Positions 52,209 to 61,991 of a stretch of DNA of 64,000 nt are shown one piece after another. This stretch comes from Candidatus Poribacteria bacterium (lineage in GTDB: Bacteria > Poribacteria > WGA-4E > PCPOR2b), in contig OZ242326.1 in assembly GCA_965208325.1 (NCBI GenBank), positions 640,001-704,000 on the forward strand, in the 5' to 3' direction. Position 1 is the first letter of the stretch. Each line of letters opens with the position of its first letter. Below the pieces are notes generated by a model. That model worked only from the letters and a program-made list of their open reading frames with translations. It made no database searches and was not told the DNA's origin. Made by a program: the position numbers and the translations under genes.

Positions 52209-54647
52209 ATGCCCTCCACCCGGGAGATGCTTGATAGAAACGATTTGGTTTACAACGTACTGCCGCCTCGTTGGGTTTTTGGGTTGCCGATTGGTAACGG
52301 ACAGATTGGCGGGATGGTATGGGTAGAGGATGGAACGAAGGTCGTGATTACGCTCGATCATGTTTGGGCATGGGACCTGCGCGAGCATCCCCGGAATGAC
52401 CATGAAAAGCTTCGTTTCGACAATTTCGTTGAACGTAACGGGCACTTACTCCGAAAAGACCGCCTCGCGGACATTGAAGCCGGCCGCCTCCCTACCGAAG
52501 CCGGTTTCTTGACGGACATTCTTTGCTCGGTTGACTGGAGCCTGTCACTGCCTTCAAAAACGCACGTGGGGCGCTTCGTCATTGAATTCGACCAGAAAAT
52601 TACGGGATCTGCCCGCCTATGTCTTTGGGATGCGGAGGCGGTATTAGAACTCCGTACTGAAGCCGGCGAGGTAGTACGCCTTGAAATTCGCGCCGATGCG
52701 CATGTGCCCGTAATCGCGGTATCATACAACCGCCGGGATATCATAACGGACTTTCGCCTCGAAAGAGTCGCGTCCGACGATTTGATTCCGCATCGACCAG
52801 CGGGGGAAGCCACTCCGGCGTGGTATAGACTACCGGATTGTGAATGCGGGAAAAGAGGGGAAATCAGATGGATGCACCAAAAAATCCCGCAAAGCCCGTC
52901 GTTGGTACTCGCGTTCCTTCCGGGTGACGAGCAGACTGTCGTCACTGTGCAGGCTTCTCATGACGGCAACGATTCTGTGGAATCCGCCGTAAGTGCGCTT
53001 AAACAGGCGATGTCCACGCCTGAGCGGCATCTCGCGGAACACCGCACGTGGTGGCAACGGTTTTGGGGGCGTTCTAGCGTCCAACTGCCAGATGCGAAGA
53101 TTGGGTCCTTATGGTACATGGGACTGTATCTATTAGCGTCCTCCAGCCGCGAAGGCGGCGCTTCGGTGAGTTTGCACGGGCTCTGGCAACCAGATAGCCG
53201 AATGCCGCCGTCCTTGGGCCTCTACATCTGGGACTTCTATCCCCAATACTGGGGGATTTATGGCGCAAACCATCTGGAGTTGGGAACAGCCTACTACGAG
53301 CACTTTCTCTCAATCCTGCCTCGCCTGAAAGAAGAGACTGTGAAATTCTACGGTTGGGATGGCGTTTTTGTGCCTGGCCAAATGGCGATTGACGGATCTT
53401 GGCTACTCGCTCCGTGGCCGCATGTCCTTTTTTGGCCGGGAACTAGCGCTTGGATAGCGCAAGCGTTTTGGCAGCACTATCTCTATAGCGGAGATGAAGC
53501 GTTCCTCAGGGACAAGGCGTACCCCTTCATGCGTGAGTGCATGTTGTTTTACGAGGGTTTTCTGAAAAAAGGCGAGGACGGCAAGTATCACATTCATCCC
53601 ACTCAATCGCCAGAGACGGGTGGCTGGGGAAGGGACGATACCCTTTCACTTTCGTTGCTGCGCAATCTCATCAGCGGGCTGTTAGAAGCGGTCAATACAA
53701 TTGGATTGAATGAACCGCATAGAGAGATTTGGACGGAGATACTGGATAACCTGCCCGACTACCATCAGGGCGATTCCGGTTTGCATTTGAAAGAGGACGC
53801 GGCCTATACCCGGTGTCATCGCCACCTGTCCCATCTTGCGCCAATCTATCCCGTTGGCGACATCAATATTGACGGGTCAAAGCAGGAGTCGCAACTCATT
53901 GAGAGATCGCTCAATACGGTGGTTTCCAAGGGATATGGAATCTGGGTGGGTTGGTCATTCGCGTGGGCTTCACTTATCGCCGCGCGGGCTGGACGAAAGC
54001 AGATGGCGTGGTGGACGCTCAAGCAACTCGCGGATGCGTACGTCTCATGCAACACATTCAACCTGAATCTCGATTGGGAACGGAACGGCATCGCATCGGA
54101 TACAGACGCCTACTGCCAGGACGGAAACATGGCGGCTGTGGCAGCCGTCAACGAGATGCTTTTACAGAGTTGGGGAGGACGCATCCGTGTTTTTCCCGCG
54201 TGTCCCCCGCATTGGCGAGATTGCCGGTTTGACAGACTGCTTTGTGAAGGCGGTATTGAGGTGTCTGCCATTCGTTCAAACGGACAAACTTTGGCGGTTC
54301 ATTTGGCATCTGCATCGGATCAACGTGTACGGCTTTTCGATCCATTTGAGGCTGGGGGCGGTTATCACGATGGATTTCGAATTCAACCCGATTCAGACGG
54401 CGATTTGGTATTGGACTTAATGTCCGGAAAGGGGCTGTGGATAACCGCGACGGCAGAAATTCAGCCTTCCGACGTCGATGCGTTCGCCGTCGACGGATTA
54501 GCAGCGATGGTGAACCCCTACGGATTGAAATACCTCGACGATGCATGGTTCACTGAGAATCCGGATATTCCGGCGGTACACCCCTATTTCTGCGACTCTT
54601 TCGTGAAAGCATCCCCGGTACATTATATTTCGATCGGCGTGTCATGA
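52209..54647 (+). CDS. GH95-like glycoside hydrolase (tandem paralog)
   Basis: Same motifs (QSPE, HRHLSHL, DGNMA); long identical peptide blocks with the upstream gene. Confidence 0.75.
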   Translation: MPSTREMLDRNDLVYNVLPPRWVFGLPIGNGQIGGMVWVEDGTKVVITLDHVWAWDLREHPRNDHEKLRFDNFVERNGHLLRKDRLADIEAGRLPTEAGFLTDILCSVDWSLSLPSKTHVGRFVIEFDQKITGSARLCLWDAEAVLELRTEAGEVVRLEIRADAHVPVIAVSYNRRDIITDFRLERVASDDLIPHRPAGEATPAWYRLPDCECGKRGEIRWMHQKIPQSPSLVLAFLPGDEQTVVTVQASHDGNDSVESAVSALKQAMSTPERHLAEHRTWWQRFWGRSSVQLPDAKIGSLWYMGLYLLASSSREGGASVSLHGLWQPDSRMPPSLGLYIWDFYPQYWGIYGANHLELGTAYYEHFLSILPRLKEETVKFYGWDGVFVPGQMAIDGSWLLAPWPHVLFWPGTSAWIAQAFWQHYLYSGDEAFLRDKAYPFMRECMLFYEGFLKKGEDGKYHIHPTQSPETGGWGRDDTLSLSLLRNLISGLLEAVNTIGLNEPHREIWTEILDNLPDYHQGDSGLHLKEDAAYTRCHRHLSHLAPIYPVGDINIDGSKQESQLIERSLNTVVSKGYGIWVGWSFAWASLIAARAGRKQMAWWTLKQLADAYVSCNTFNLNLDWERNGIASDTDAYCQDGNMAAVAAVNEMLLQSWGGRIRVFPACPPHWRDCRFDRLLCEGGIEVSAIRSNGQTLAVHLASASDQRVRLFDPFEAGGGYHDGFRIQPDSDGDLVLDLMSGKGLWITATAEIQPSDVDAFAVDGLAAMVNPYGLKYLDDAWFTENPDIPAVHPYFCDSFVKASPVHYISIGVS

Positions 54648-54774
54648 GGTTAAATGCATCTCGTGGACGGCGCAGTAGACTCCTGTTGTTTTATAACATA
54701 CGAACACATACCGATTCTTACCGCTCAACACCGTTCTCGGCTTGAGCGGTTCAAAACGCTACGGTAAACACACC

Positions 54775-56736
54775 ATGGATGAAAAATTTCCCAAGAGAGC
54801 GGTGCACCTCGATTTCCACACGATGCCGAGGGTAGAGGACGTTGGCATTGAATTTAACGCAGACGAATTTGCGCAAACGCTTAGCGACGCACATGTGGAT
54901 TTCATCACAGTCTTCGCGCGATGCAACCTTGGTTTTGCCTATTATCCAACAGAGGTTGGTATAGTTCATCCGGGAATCCAGACGGATGACATGCTTGGTC
55001 CTATGATTGAGGCGTGTCACGGTCAAAACATCCGGGTAGCGGCGTATATTAACGCCGGACTCGACCATGAACATGCGCTGCGGCACCGGGAATGGTGTAA
55101 ACTAAACAAAGCCGGACAGGTTTACAATGTTTCGGAGATGGGGCATTATTTCAGAAGCATGTGTTTGAATACCGGCTATGCGGAACACCTCATGCGCATG
55201 GTGGACGAACTCTTGACGAACTACCCCGTTGATGGACTTTTTCTGGACTGCTTCGATCTTTCACCCTGTTACGGCGTAGAATGCCTTTCCGATATGGACG
55301 CATCAGGTCTGGACAAACTCGACGACCATCAGGTCGGCGAATTTTGTGTGCGAATGACGGACGCGTTTCTCGAAAAGGTCAAAAACCGAGCGCGTCAACT
55401 GGCGCCGGGAATTTTTCTTTACTTCAACGGTATTCGCTACAGGAACCAGCCAACCCATATTGAGTTGGAGGTTCTTCCGCCTGCGTGGGGCTACGACTAT
55501 CTGCCATTCGCCATCAGATATGCGCGTACTTTGGGCAAACCCTACTTCACGATGACCGGCAGATTTCATAAGAGTTGGGGGGATTTTGGCGGGATTAGGA
55601 CGGCGCATTCTCTAAGGTTCGACTGTTATTATTCGATTATCAATGGAGGAACCTGCTCCATCGGTGACCACATGCATCCGCGCGGCAAGCTGGATCCGGA
55701 GGTGTATCGGCTGATTGGAAATACTTATGCAGAAATTGAAGCGTTGGAGCCGTGGACGGCGGGGGCGAGCGCTTTATCCGAAATTGTGGTTCTCGATCCG
55801 CGTCTGAGCCGGGTTCCGGGTGAATACCGAATTCGACAGGGACACAGTCTCCAAGGTGCTGCAAGAATGCTGCCGGAATTGAATTGCCAGTTTGACATGA
55901 GCGACGGGGATATAGATCTCTCCGGTTACCGAGTGGTGATTCTACCGGATGATGTCCCATTGGACGAAAAACTTGCGGCGTCGTTAACCCAGTACCTTGA
56001 GAATGGCGGTGCGATAATTAGCTCTGCCTATGCAGGATTAAAGCCGGACAAGAGTGGATTTGCGTTAGATGCTTACAAGGTGAATTACGAAGGGCCAGAG
56101 CCGTATGATTTTACCTTCTTTGAGGCACAGCCCGGCATCGATTTCGAACTGCCCGATATGCTGACAACGATATACGAACCGGGAATTGCCATGACTGCTG
56201 CGGAAGGATCGGAAGTCTTAGCCAAGCTGCACAAACCGTATTTCAACCACGAAGAATGGGATTTGTACCACGAACATCTTTACATTCCGCCCAAAGCGGA
56301 CACGGGCCGGCCGGCGCTGGTGAATTGTGGAAATTTATTCCATTTCAGCTTCCCGATTTTTAAAAACTATATCAACCACGCCGTCGTTCCGCACAGAACA
56401 CTCTTCCGAAACTGTCTGGCGCGCCTACTTCCCAATCCTATCGTAAAGGTTGAAAACCTTCCTTCCTTTGGCCAGGTTACTGTGACAGCGGCGGAAAACC
56501 GGCGGATGGTACACCTGCTCACATACGTGCCGGAACTGCGGGGCAAGGCGCAGATTATTGAAGAGCCGATTTCTGTGCGAGATATTTGCGTATCACTAAG
56601 AATTGATGAGATTTTTCCCAAATCGGTCTACCGTGCGCCTACCGGTGAAAAGCTCGACTTCACGGTGTCGGAAGGGTATGTGCACGTTTCAGCTCTTGAA
56701 ATCTGCGGCTACGAATTGCTAGTGTTTGAGGCGTAA
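54775..56736 (+). CDS. GH151-like alpha-L-fucosidase with beta-galactosidase trimerisation-like domain
   Basis: RAVHLDFHT, MTGRFHKSWGDFGG and CSIGDHMHPRG motifs. Confidence 0.75.
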   Translation: MDEKFPKRAVHLDFHTMPRVEDVGIEFNADEFAQTLSDAHVDFITVFARCNLGFAYYPTEVGIVHPGIQTDDMLGPMIEACHGQNIRVAAYINAGLDHEHALRHREWCKLNKAGQVYNVSEMGHYFRSMCLNTGYAEHLMRMVDELLTNYPVDGLFLDCFDLSPCYGVECLSDMDASGLDKLDDHQVGEFCVRMTDAFLEKVKNRARQLAPGIFLYFNGIRYRNQPTHIELEVLPPAWGYDYLPFAIRYARTLGKPYFTMTGRFHKSWGDFGGIRTAHSLRFDCYYSIINGGTCSIGDHMHPRGKLDPEVYRLIGNTYAEIEALEPWTAGASALSEIVVLDPRLSRVPGEYRIRQGHSLQGAARMLPELNCQFDMSDGDIDLSGYRVVILPDDVPLDEKLAASLTQYLENGGAIISSAYAGLKPDKSGFALDAYKVNYEGPEPYDFTFFEAQPGIDFELPDMLTTIYEPGIAMTAAEGSEVLAKLHKPYFNHEEWDLYHEHLYIPPKADTGRPALVNCGNLFHFSFPIFKNYINHAVVPHRTLFRNCLARLLPNPIVKVENLPSFGQVTVTAAENRRMVHLLTYVPELRGKAQIIEEPISVRDICVSLRIDEIFPKSVYRAPTGEKLDFTVSEGYVHVSALEICGYELLVFEA

Positions 56737-56824
56737 GCGTGACGTTGTCCTACATCTTGACAAATTTCAGTTATTGACTTAGTTTTAAAATTTCGTGCAC
56801 CAATTTAGATATGGAGGAATTACT

Positions 56825-57682
56825 ATGTTCAAGAATTTAGCGCCGGGCGGCATCGGCATCCAGGCGAACATACAGGAATCATTAGAGTTGGCGAAGTCCG
56901 CAGGATTTGGTGGGACGGATCTCAACATCGTCGAAGCAAGCACGTTAGCTGAGACGCACTCAATCCAGTATGTCAAAGACCTTTGGTCGGATGCTGGTTT
57001 GCAGATGGGCGCATGGGGACTAGAAATCGACTGGCGCGCGAGCGGCGCAGCATATTACGAAAGCCTATCGCGTTTCGCCAAATTTGCGCAACTCGCAGCT
57101 GACCTCGGCTGTTTCCGCTGCACCAGTGCTCTACCGGGGTGGTCGGATGAACTCACATTTACCGAGAACTGGGATTTCCACGTTAAACGTCTTCGTCCTG
57201 CCGCGGAGATCCTAAAAGATTACGGTCATGCGCTCGGTTTAGAGTATATTGCGCCCAGCACAAGCCGCGCATCGTCTAAGTATGGATTCGTCCATAGCAT
57301 GGACGGTATGTTGGCGCTCGGAGCGGGCATAGGCACGGGCAACGTTCGCTTATTGCTGGATGCATGGCACTGGTATGTTGCGCACGAAACTATTGCGGAT
57401 TTAAAGAAACTAAACGTGGATGATATAGTGTCCGTCCACATTTGCGATGCCCCGGCGGGCGTTGATGTGGACGATCAGGTCGATGGCGTGCGCGCAATGC
57501 CAGCCGAAACGGGGGTTGTGCCGCTGGGTGAATTCATCAGAATTGTCAGCGACCTCGGTTACGACGGGCCGGTTGCGGCTGAACCCCTGAGGAAACCGGC
57601 AGATCACATGTCGCCGATGGAAGCCGCACAAGCCACATCCGAATCATTGGATACGGTTTGGAGGCAAGCCGGTATATCGTAA
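56825..57682 (+). CDS. Sugar phosphate isomerase/epimerase family protein
   Basis: GGAGG RBS; LGLEY, LLDAWHW, VHICDA and GYDGPVAAEP. Confidence 0.85.
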   Translation: MFKNLAPGGIGIQANIQESLELAKSAGFGGTDLNIVEASTLAETHSIQYVKDLWSDAGLQMGAWGLEIDWRASGAAYYESLSRFAKFAQLAADLGCFRCTSALPGWSDELTFTENWDFHVKRLRPAAEILKDYGHALGLEYIAPSTSRASSKYGFVHSMDGMLALGAGIGTGNVRLLLDAWHWYVAHETIADLKKLNVDDIVSVHICDAPAGVDVDDQVDGVRAMPAETGVVPLGEFIRIVSDLGYDGPVAAEPLRKPADHMSPMEAAQATSESLDTVWRQAGIS

Positions 57683-57812
57683 GTATGCGCGCGGCGGTTC
57701 TTCGGTGTTTTCAAAATTGCCTCGCACAAACGGGGCGTTGCGTGGTCTAATCACACGGTCTATACGAAACGCAGAAGACTTTTCGCTTAACTATCTGAAA
57801 GGATTTGGATCT

Positions 57813-58226
57813 ATGCCGGTTTTTCAGACTGCGGCTGAACTCTACACTTGTTTTGGCGGCTTGTTGAAGCAGATGGAATCTCAGACGGAAGCGGAGAAGG
57901 GGCTGAAGTCGCTGGATTTAACCATCAGATTTACCTTCACGGAACCGGCAGCTTCCATGTCACTGATTCTGAATCACGGCGAGCAATCCATCTTTTACGG
58001 CGAATGTGAGCAAAACCCTGATTTAAAACTTGCTATGACAGGAGATGTAGCCCATCGTTTCTGGATGGGTGAAATCAACGTGATGGAGGCGATTACAAAG
58101 CGGCAGATTGTGTTCGTTGGCTCGTTGTCAAAGATGCTAAATCTTGCGCCCCTGATTAAGGCCGCAATCAAGGTTTACCCGCGGTATTTTCAAGAATACC
58201 GCACACGGTGTTTGGCGGAGTCTTAA
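57813..58226 (+). CDS. SCP2 sterol-binding-like domain protein
   Basis: PDLKLAMTGD.AHRFWMGEIN..AI..RQI..GS pattern. Confidence 0.65.
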   Translation: MPVFQTAAELYTCFGGLLKQMESQTEAEKGLKSLDLTIRFTFTEPAASMSLILNHGEQSIFYGECEQNPDLKLAMTGDVAHRFWMGEINVMEAITKRQIVFVGSLSKMLNLAPLIKAAIKVYPRYFQEYRTRCLAES

Positions 58227-58383
58227 GTCTAAAATGCTCCACTTGGAGCGAGCACGGTGAAACCTGCGCTCAGTCTACTCGTTTCTATCGTTAGTACACT
58301 TTAACAGAGTCACGCCGGCGACATGCTCGCCACATTTCTAAATTGCTATGTGACTCTGAAACCCACTCCCAGATTGGACGAAA

Positions 58384-59127
58384 ATGAAATTTGCCGCCCA
58401 AACAGACAGGGGAATCCGCCGCGGACGCAACGAGGATTGTTACTATGTCAATCCCGAAAACAATTTGTTCGTGATTGCAGATGGGATGGGCGGCCACAGC
58501 GCAGGCGAAATTGCTAGTCAGATGGCTGTAGCAGTATTTCAGAATTGGGTGGAACAACTAGACGATGAACCAGCATTCAACCATAACACTGACCCTTCTG
58601 AAAAAATCAGTATACTGACGGAACTTACCATGGAATCGAACCGCCGTATTTACGCTCAATCGCAGCAACTCGGTATCCCGGACGGTATGGGCACAACACT
58701 GACAAACGGTTTCCTAGATTGCACGCACCTTTGCTATGTTCACGTTGGTGACAGCCGGCTCTACATATTGAGGGATGGCGCGTTAACGCAGATTACGAAA
58801 GATCATTCTCTCGTTCAAGAGATGGTAGATGCGGGCAAAATATCGCCCGAAACAGCACGTGTGCACCCACAACGAAACATTATCCGTAACGCAGTTGGCT
58901 TGGAACCGACATTAAAAATTGATTCCGGCTGTTATCCGCTCAAACAAGGCGATCTCGTTCTTGCATGTACCGATGGGCTGCACGACATGATTGTTGACGA
59001 TGCTGAAATAGCAAGACTCATCGCCCCCGCACCAAACCTTGATGCCGCCTGCCATAACCTACTTGACGCCTCGCTTGACTACGGCGGCGAGGATAACGTC
59101 ACGCTGATTCTCGCTAAGCCAGATTGA
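58384..59127 (+). CDS. PP2C-family Ser/Thr phosphatase (Stp1/PrpC-like)
   Basis: RGRNED, ADGMGGHSAGEIAS, GMGTT, HVGDSRLY, TDGL and GGEDNVT. Confidence 0.95.
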   Translation: MKFAAQTDRGIRRGRNEDCYYVNPENNLFVIADGMGGHSAGEIASQMAVAVFQNWVEQLDDEPAFNHNTDPSEKISILTELTMESNRRIYAQSQQLGIPDGMGTTLTNGFLDCTHLCYVHVGDSRLYILRDGALTQITKDHSLVQEMVDAGKISPETARVHPQRNIIRNAVGLEPTLKIDSGCYPLKQGDLVLACTDGLHDMIVDDAEIARLIAPAPNLDAACHNLLDASLDYGGEDNVTLILAKPD

Positions 59128-59251
59128 GTTCAGCGGTAGGAAGGCGAGGCTTTACAGCGATTCCGGCTTAGAAGCGCCCGTTTGCATCTGGCAACGGCTG
59201 CCCGCTAAACGCCGATGTCACCAGGATATTATTACACCGTTTGATACACCT

Positions 59252-59659
59252 TTAGAGTGTAACGCCGCGCCATTCATCTTCAGCACAAGTGATGTCGATT
59301 ACATTTCCGTCCGGATCCGCCACCTTGAAAGATCGCACTGGCGGCGCTTCCATGTCAATTTCATCCCGAATTTTGACATCATCTCGCAACAACCGCGCGC
59401 CTGTTTCACGAAGTGTTTTGTAAGTACACTCTAAATCAGCCACAATCAACCCAAAGTGTACAAATTCTGTACCCTCCTCTAGCGGCAGACGTTCTTCTCT
59501 GTCATACTGTATGATTGTCATGTTGAGGGTACCGTCGGTGAGGTCGATTCCCTTGCCGCTTGGACGATGGCCGATATATTTCAATCCGAGAATCTCGTAA
59601 AACCTTCTTGACGCTTCCATATCGCCCGCTCGAATTGCAATATGCCTCAATGAAGCCAT
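59252..59659 (-). CDS. VOC/glyoxalase family protein
   Basis: LRHIAI, RRFY..LGL, HFGL and DPDGNVID. Confidence 0.85.
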   Translation of the reverse strand: MASLRHIAIRAGDMEASRRFYEILGLKYIGHRPSGKGIDLTDGTLNMTIIQYDREERLPLEEGTEFVHFGLIVADLECTYKTLRETGARLLRDDVKIRDEIDMEAPPVRSFKVADPDGNVIDITCAEDEWRGVTL

Positions 59660-59721
59660 TAGAAAGTCCTCCCACTACCTAATTTTCGAGTCGGAAGGCA
59701 GTAGTATTTAACACCGTTAAC

Positions 59722-61431
59722 TCATACTAACGACGACTTCAATTCTTCAAAGTAGTCAGATGCAAGCCTGTTTTCTGCGGCATGGGTCATCTCGTAGCGC
59801 TGACACAACGTGATGTAACGGTGGATGAGTTGTGTGCGCTCCGGAGGCGGGATTTCATCACCAGTGGCAATAATCGCCCTATACGCACAAATGGAAGCCT
59901 TCTCCACACGTGCTCGAACTATATCATCATCCGCTATGGCGAGTGCCCGTTCAAAGTATTCAAATATTTCTCGTGCGAACTCGGCATCCAACCCAACGTC
60001 GTGCGGTAATGGAAAGCAACCCGGATGGAGTCCGCGGGCATCGGCATTATCGTGGAGCCGATTTATATAGTCCAAAATGGGTTGTGCTGCGCGTCCGTAG
60101 TGCAATCTAACAAATTCGTCGCAGAGCGCTTCGTCATCAAGCTCAGGGTCCCAAATCAGGCGGGCGATGATGTAGTTCCGCAGGTCGCATAGCTCGCCGG
60201 TCGTGCTGCTGCCGTTCGCCTGCATGAACACACCCTTTGCGTTATTGCGCAAAAAGTAACGGACATTGGGACCAATAACGCGCAGGTTCGGAAAGGGCAA
60301 ATCATAGGCATGGAAATTCGTGTTGTAGTTCCAAATCCAGATGTCATTGCAGATCTTCCCCCACTCGTCCGCATCCCGGCAGAAAGCACGGTTCTTTTCG
60401 CATTTTGAATCGTCAATTGGGTGTAATGTGCAACACTCGATGCTGCACAATTGGATCTGGACATTGTGCCTCGGGCGGATGGTTATCGGGGCTTTCCGTG
60501 TGTACCAATACGCGAGCGTCCCAATTTTCACGTCTGGATGCACATTCTCGACTTTTTCTGCAACAGCGTTCACGAATGTAAGCTGAGCGCCCATTGGCGT
60601 GTCTTCACGCCCGTTGATTTCTTCACATGAATCACAACGGCAGTATGCGTTGGTATCAGCTTGGCTAACACTGATATTTCGCGATAAGGGTTTGTCGTTC
60701 AATCTTTTTATCGCGGCTGCTGCCGCAGTTTCAACGACCTCCGGATTAGTGACACACAATTGCGGCCCTCCGCCGCGCGTGCGAGTATCGCGCTCACCGT
60801 CCACCAACGCATAAAATTCTGGATTGGATTCCCCGTATTCGTTGTATGGCACCAGTAGGTGGAAGGAGTGGTTGATAAGCGATTGACCGGTGTTGCCGCC
60901 AAGCCGGTCCTCGCCTGTGACGGTGTTGACGCGGAGTTTTGCGGCAAATTCAGGATGCTCCGCGTTCTCCCGGTAGAAGCTCCACCGAAACGAAAATGGT
61001 GGGGTGTAGGTACGAGTGCCGCACGGAATCTTTAGCGCAGTTGCATCAGGAACGTGGGTATGATCGAATGTAAGAAAACGCACGCCCAAGTAATCTTCGA
61101 GAAATTGGTACACGCCGTAAAGCGTGCCGCGCGGACGACCGCCGGCGATTGCCACCCGATCCTTTTCGATGCTAATTTGCAGTTCTTCCTCCTGCATCGC
61201 GGAGGCATCTAGGTTTGCAGCGTCTGCGCCAATAAATACATAACACGGCGTCCCTTCAGCCGCTGAACGCAGCGGCAGTTGGATTCCAGTGCTTCGAGCA
61301 AACCACCGCTGAAATTCTTCCGCCGCATATTTTTCCGAAGGAATTGCCTCATCAGCGACCACAATATCCCATGCGTGCATTCGGGAGCAATCTAGGTAAT
61401 CCCCGCAGTCTACAGCTTTCGAGGCTGGCAT
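59722..61431 (-). CDS. DUF4838-like protein (putative carbohydrate-active, GH67/GH20-type N-domain)
   Basis: AAEEFQ, GGRPRGTLYGVYQFLE, QLCVTNP, CRCDSC, TLAY and LIWDP. Confidence 0.75.
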   Translation of the reverse strand: MPASKAVDCGDYLDCSRMHAWDIVVADEAIPSEKYAAEEFQRWFARSTGIQLPLRSAAEGTPCYVFIGADAANLDASAMQEEELQISIEKDRVAIAGGRPRGTLYGVYQFLEDYLGVRFLTFDHTHVPDATALKIPCGTRTYTPPFSFRWSFYRENAEHPEFAAKLRVNTVTGEDRLGGNTGQSLINHSFHLLVPYNEYGESNPEFYALVDGERDTRTRGGGPQLCVTNPEVVETAAAAAIKRLNDKPLSRNISVSQADTNAYCRCDSCEEINGREDTPMGAQLTFVNAVAEKVENVHPDVKIGTLAYWYTRKAPITIRPRHNVQIQLCSIECCTLHPIDDSKCEKNRAFCRDADEWGKICNDIWIWNYNTNFHAYDLPFPNLRVIGPNVRYFLRNNAKGVFMQANGSSTTGELCDLRNYIIARLIWDPELDDEALCDEFVRLHYGRAAQPILDYINRLHDNADARGLHPGCFPLPHDVGLDAEFAREIFEYFERALAIADDDIVRARVEKASICAYRAIIATGDEIPPPERTQLIHRYITLCQRYEMTHAAENRLASDYFEELKSSLV

Positions 61432-61556
61432 TTACCTCACCATTCTTGCAAGTGTTGCAGATCGACCACTTGAAATTATCGGAGCACGTACTACGTACAG
61501 CGAACGTCACGTCTGGTGTTACCGAGTGTGGAGGTTATCTCCATCACGACGTCACC

Positions 61557-61961
61557 TCATTCGGTCGGGCAACTGTCGGATTCACATTTTGTGCCTCCCA
61601 AACGCGAGCGGTTTTTTGAGATAATCAAATATATCCCTTTCAGCAGCGTTTTAATCACGGGCACGAGGTAGATCCATGTGATATAGCGAAACTTGCCAAT
61701 TCGCCGGTAAATCTGATATAAAGCGTCTGCTCCGCAATGAACCGTTCCGGCGTGGTCAATTAACCGCATCCCAGACTTTGACTCGATCTGGAGGAGCTGC
61801 GGATAAAGCGCGTGGAGATCTTGCGTCTGCTTTGGGGTATAGAGAAACTGATCGGCGTTATCTCTGTCGCGAATGCGCTGAATTCCGCTATCACAAAAAT
61901 TACACTCAGCATCGTAGATAATCACAGGTCTGGCCGGTTCGGTTACGTTGTTCGTATTCAT
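61557..61961 (-). CDS. DCC1-like thiol-disulfide oxidoreductase (DUF393)
   Basis: IYDAECNFC N-terminal motif; ISKNR near the C-terminus. Confidence 0.85.
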   Translation of the reverse strand: MNTNNVTEPARPVIIYDAECNFCDSGIQRIRDRDNADQFLYTPKQTQDLHALYPQLLQIESKSGMRLIDHAGTVHCGADALYQIYRRIGKFRYITWIYLVPVIKTLLKGIYLIISKNRSRLGGTKCESDSCPTE

Positions 61962-61991
61962 AGGGAAAAACCTCCTTCAATGTTTCGCTCC

